Positions 62,953 through 64,000 of a DNA stretch of 64,000 bases are shown here, one piece after another. The translations under genes and the position numbers were made by a program. Under the pieces are notes generated by a model, which worked only from the letters and a program-made list of their open reading frames with translations, was not told where the DNA came from and ran no database searches. Position 1 is the first letter of the stretch. Each line of letters begins with the position of its first letter. The stretch comes from Felis catus. Its lineage: Eukaryota. The stretch lies in contig NC_058368.1 of NCBI RefSeq assembly GCF_018350175.1, positions 125,800,001 through 125,864,000 on the forward strand, given 5' to 3'.

Positions 62953-64000
62953 ATCACGGAGTATCTTAAAAATCAGAAATGAGCAGGCTTTATAACACAT
63001 AATCGAATACAATGAAGTTCCCCCTTCTTGTAAGACATCCTGATATGTAACTTTTATTTTAAATCGGTTACAACAATCCTCTTTTCCAAGTTTGTATCCT
63101 AAGTCTGTTTTTATATCCTGACGACTTTCCACCTACCATGTTGAATCAATCACCTCGAAAGCCATTTTCTTCCACACAGCCTTGCTCCAGTATAGCCCTA
63201 CTGTCCTCCCACCTCTGAAGAGCTGATGAACCTTCCTCCAGAGACCAAGGCCACTTTGCCTTAGGCCCTCACAAGCTCCAGCCTCTTCTCTCTCTCTCTG
63301 TGTGTAGTGATTCCCTGCTTCTCTCTGTTCATCTTGTTAGGCTTTAAAAATTTCCTCTATGCTTAAGCTGGTCATTGATAACATGGAGTTCCTTAATATT
63401 CTAAGTAATGGAAAATTTTCATCTCTCAGATTCCTGTTGTCAATTCTCTGCTCCCATCTTAAATATCCAACTTTAGAAGGGAGACAACTAGTTACTCCAT
63501 CCTAATATCATTGCTTTGATTGAAATAACTGTCAGGTACTTCCAAAAAAATAACATTCCTTATATATGCTGTAATTTTATGGCTGGGGATTCCCTTGTGC
63601 ATTCAGCTTTCTAATAAGGACACTCATTTCTCTTAACATTAAATCTCAGTGCAAGTTGATTCAAAGAAATTTTTGGCTGATTAAAAAATATATATCACTT
63701 AATTTAACTCCCTGCTACCTGTGCATCTATGATGTGCTTGATCATGAACATTTTCCACGGGTATGTATCTTCAACTAGTGATGTGTCTGTTTTGAGAAGT
63801 TTTGTTCCTCTCTCTTAAAGTGTTTTGTATTCTGCCAGAAGGATTCTTAGTAAATGCTTGTGATAATAAGCTGAAATCTGCAATGGAATGCAACTATGTA
63901 TAGAGACAGATGTATTATCAACTTCCTTTGGTAGCTGGGAATGGTACTTTATATCACCTGCCCACTATCATATGTAATTATTCTGGGAATGCCTAAAATT

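Noticed and set aside
1..64000. CRISPR array, prokaryotic operon, non-retroviral endogenous virus, NUMT, CpG-island promoter
   Set aside because: No regularly spaced repeat-spacer array, long ORFs, mitochondrial-like or viral-like peptides, or CpG-rich segment seen by eye. A tBLASTx search would be needed to exclude very degraded inserts.

Overview
This 64 kb window is AT-rich, CpG-depleted, non-coding mammalian DNA, almost certainly from a carnivoran and most likely a felid. The basis is about 21 tRNA-derived CanSINE/SINEC copies and carnivore-type L1 ends. I find no host protein-coding exon, standalone RNA gene, CpG island or CRISPR-like array that I can support. The ORF-track entries are chance ORFs, SINE/microsatellite read-throughs, or transposon relics (L1 ORF2, Tigger transposase). 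The window is a layered fossil record of mobile elements: L2, MIR, hAT MITEs, MaLR/ERVL LTRs, L1 and SINEC. The most informative structures are (i) a collapsed two-LTR ERVL provirus at ~25.7-28.1 kb with readable gag, RNase H, integrase and dUTPase remnants that the ORF track misses, (ii) a 5'-inverted (twin-primed) L1 at ~31.0-33.9 kb split by a Tigger2-type DNA transposon, and (iii) two tiny L1 3'-tail insertions with exact target-site duplications (TSDs). I did not find a convincing previously undescribed system. Repeat subfamily names come from recalled consensus sequences, not a search, and boundaries of old repeats are approximate.
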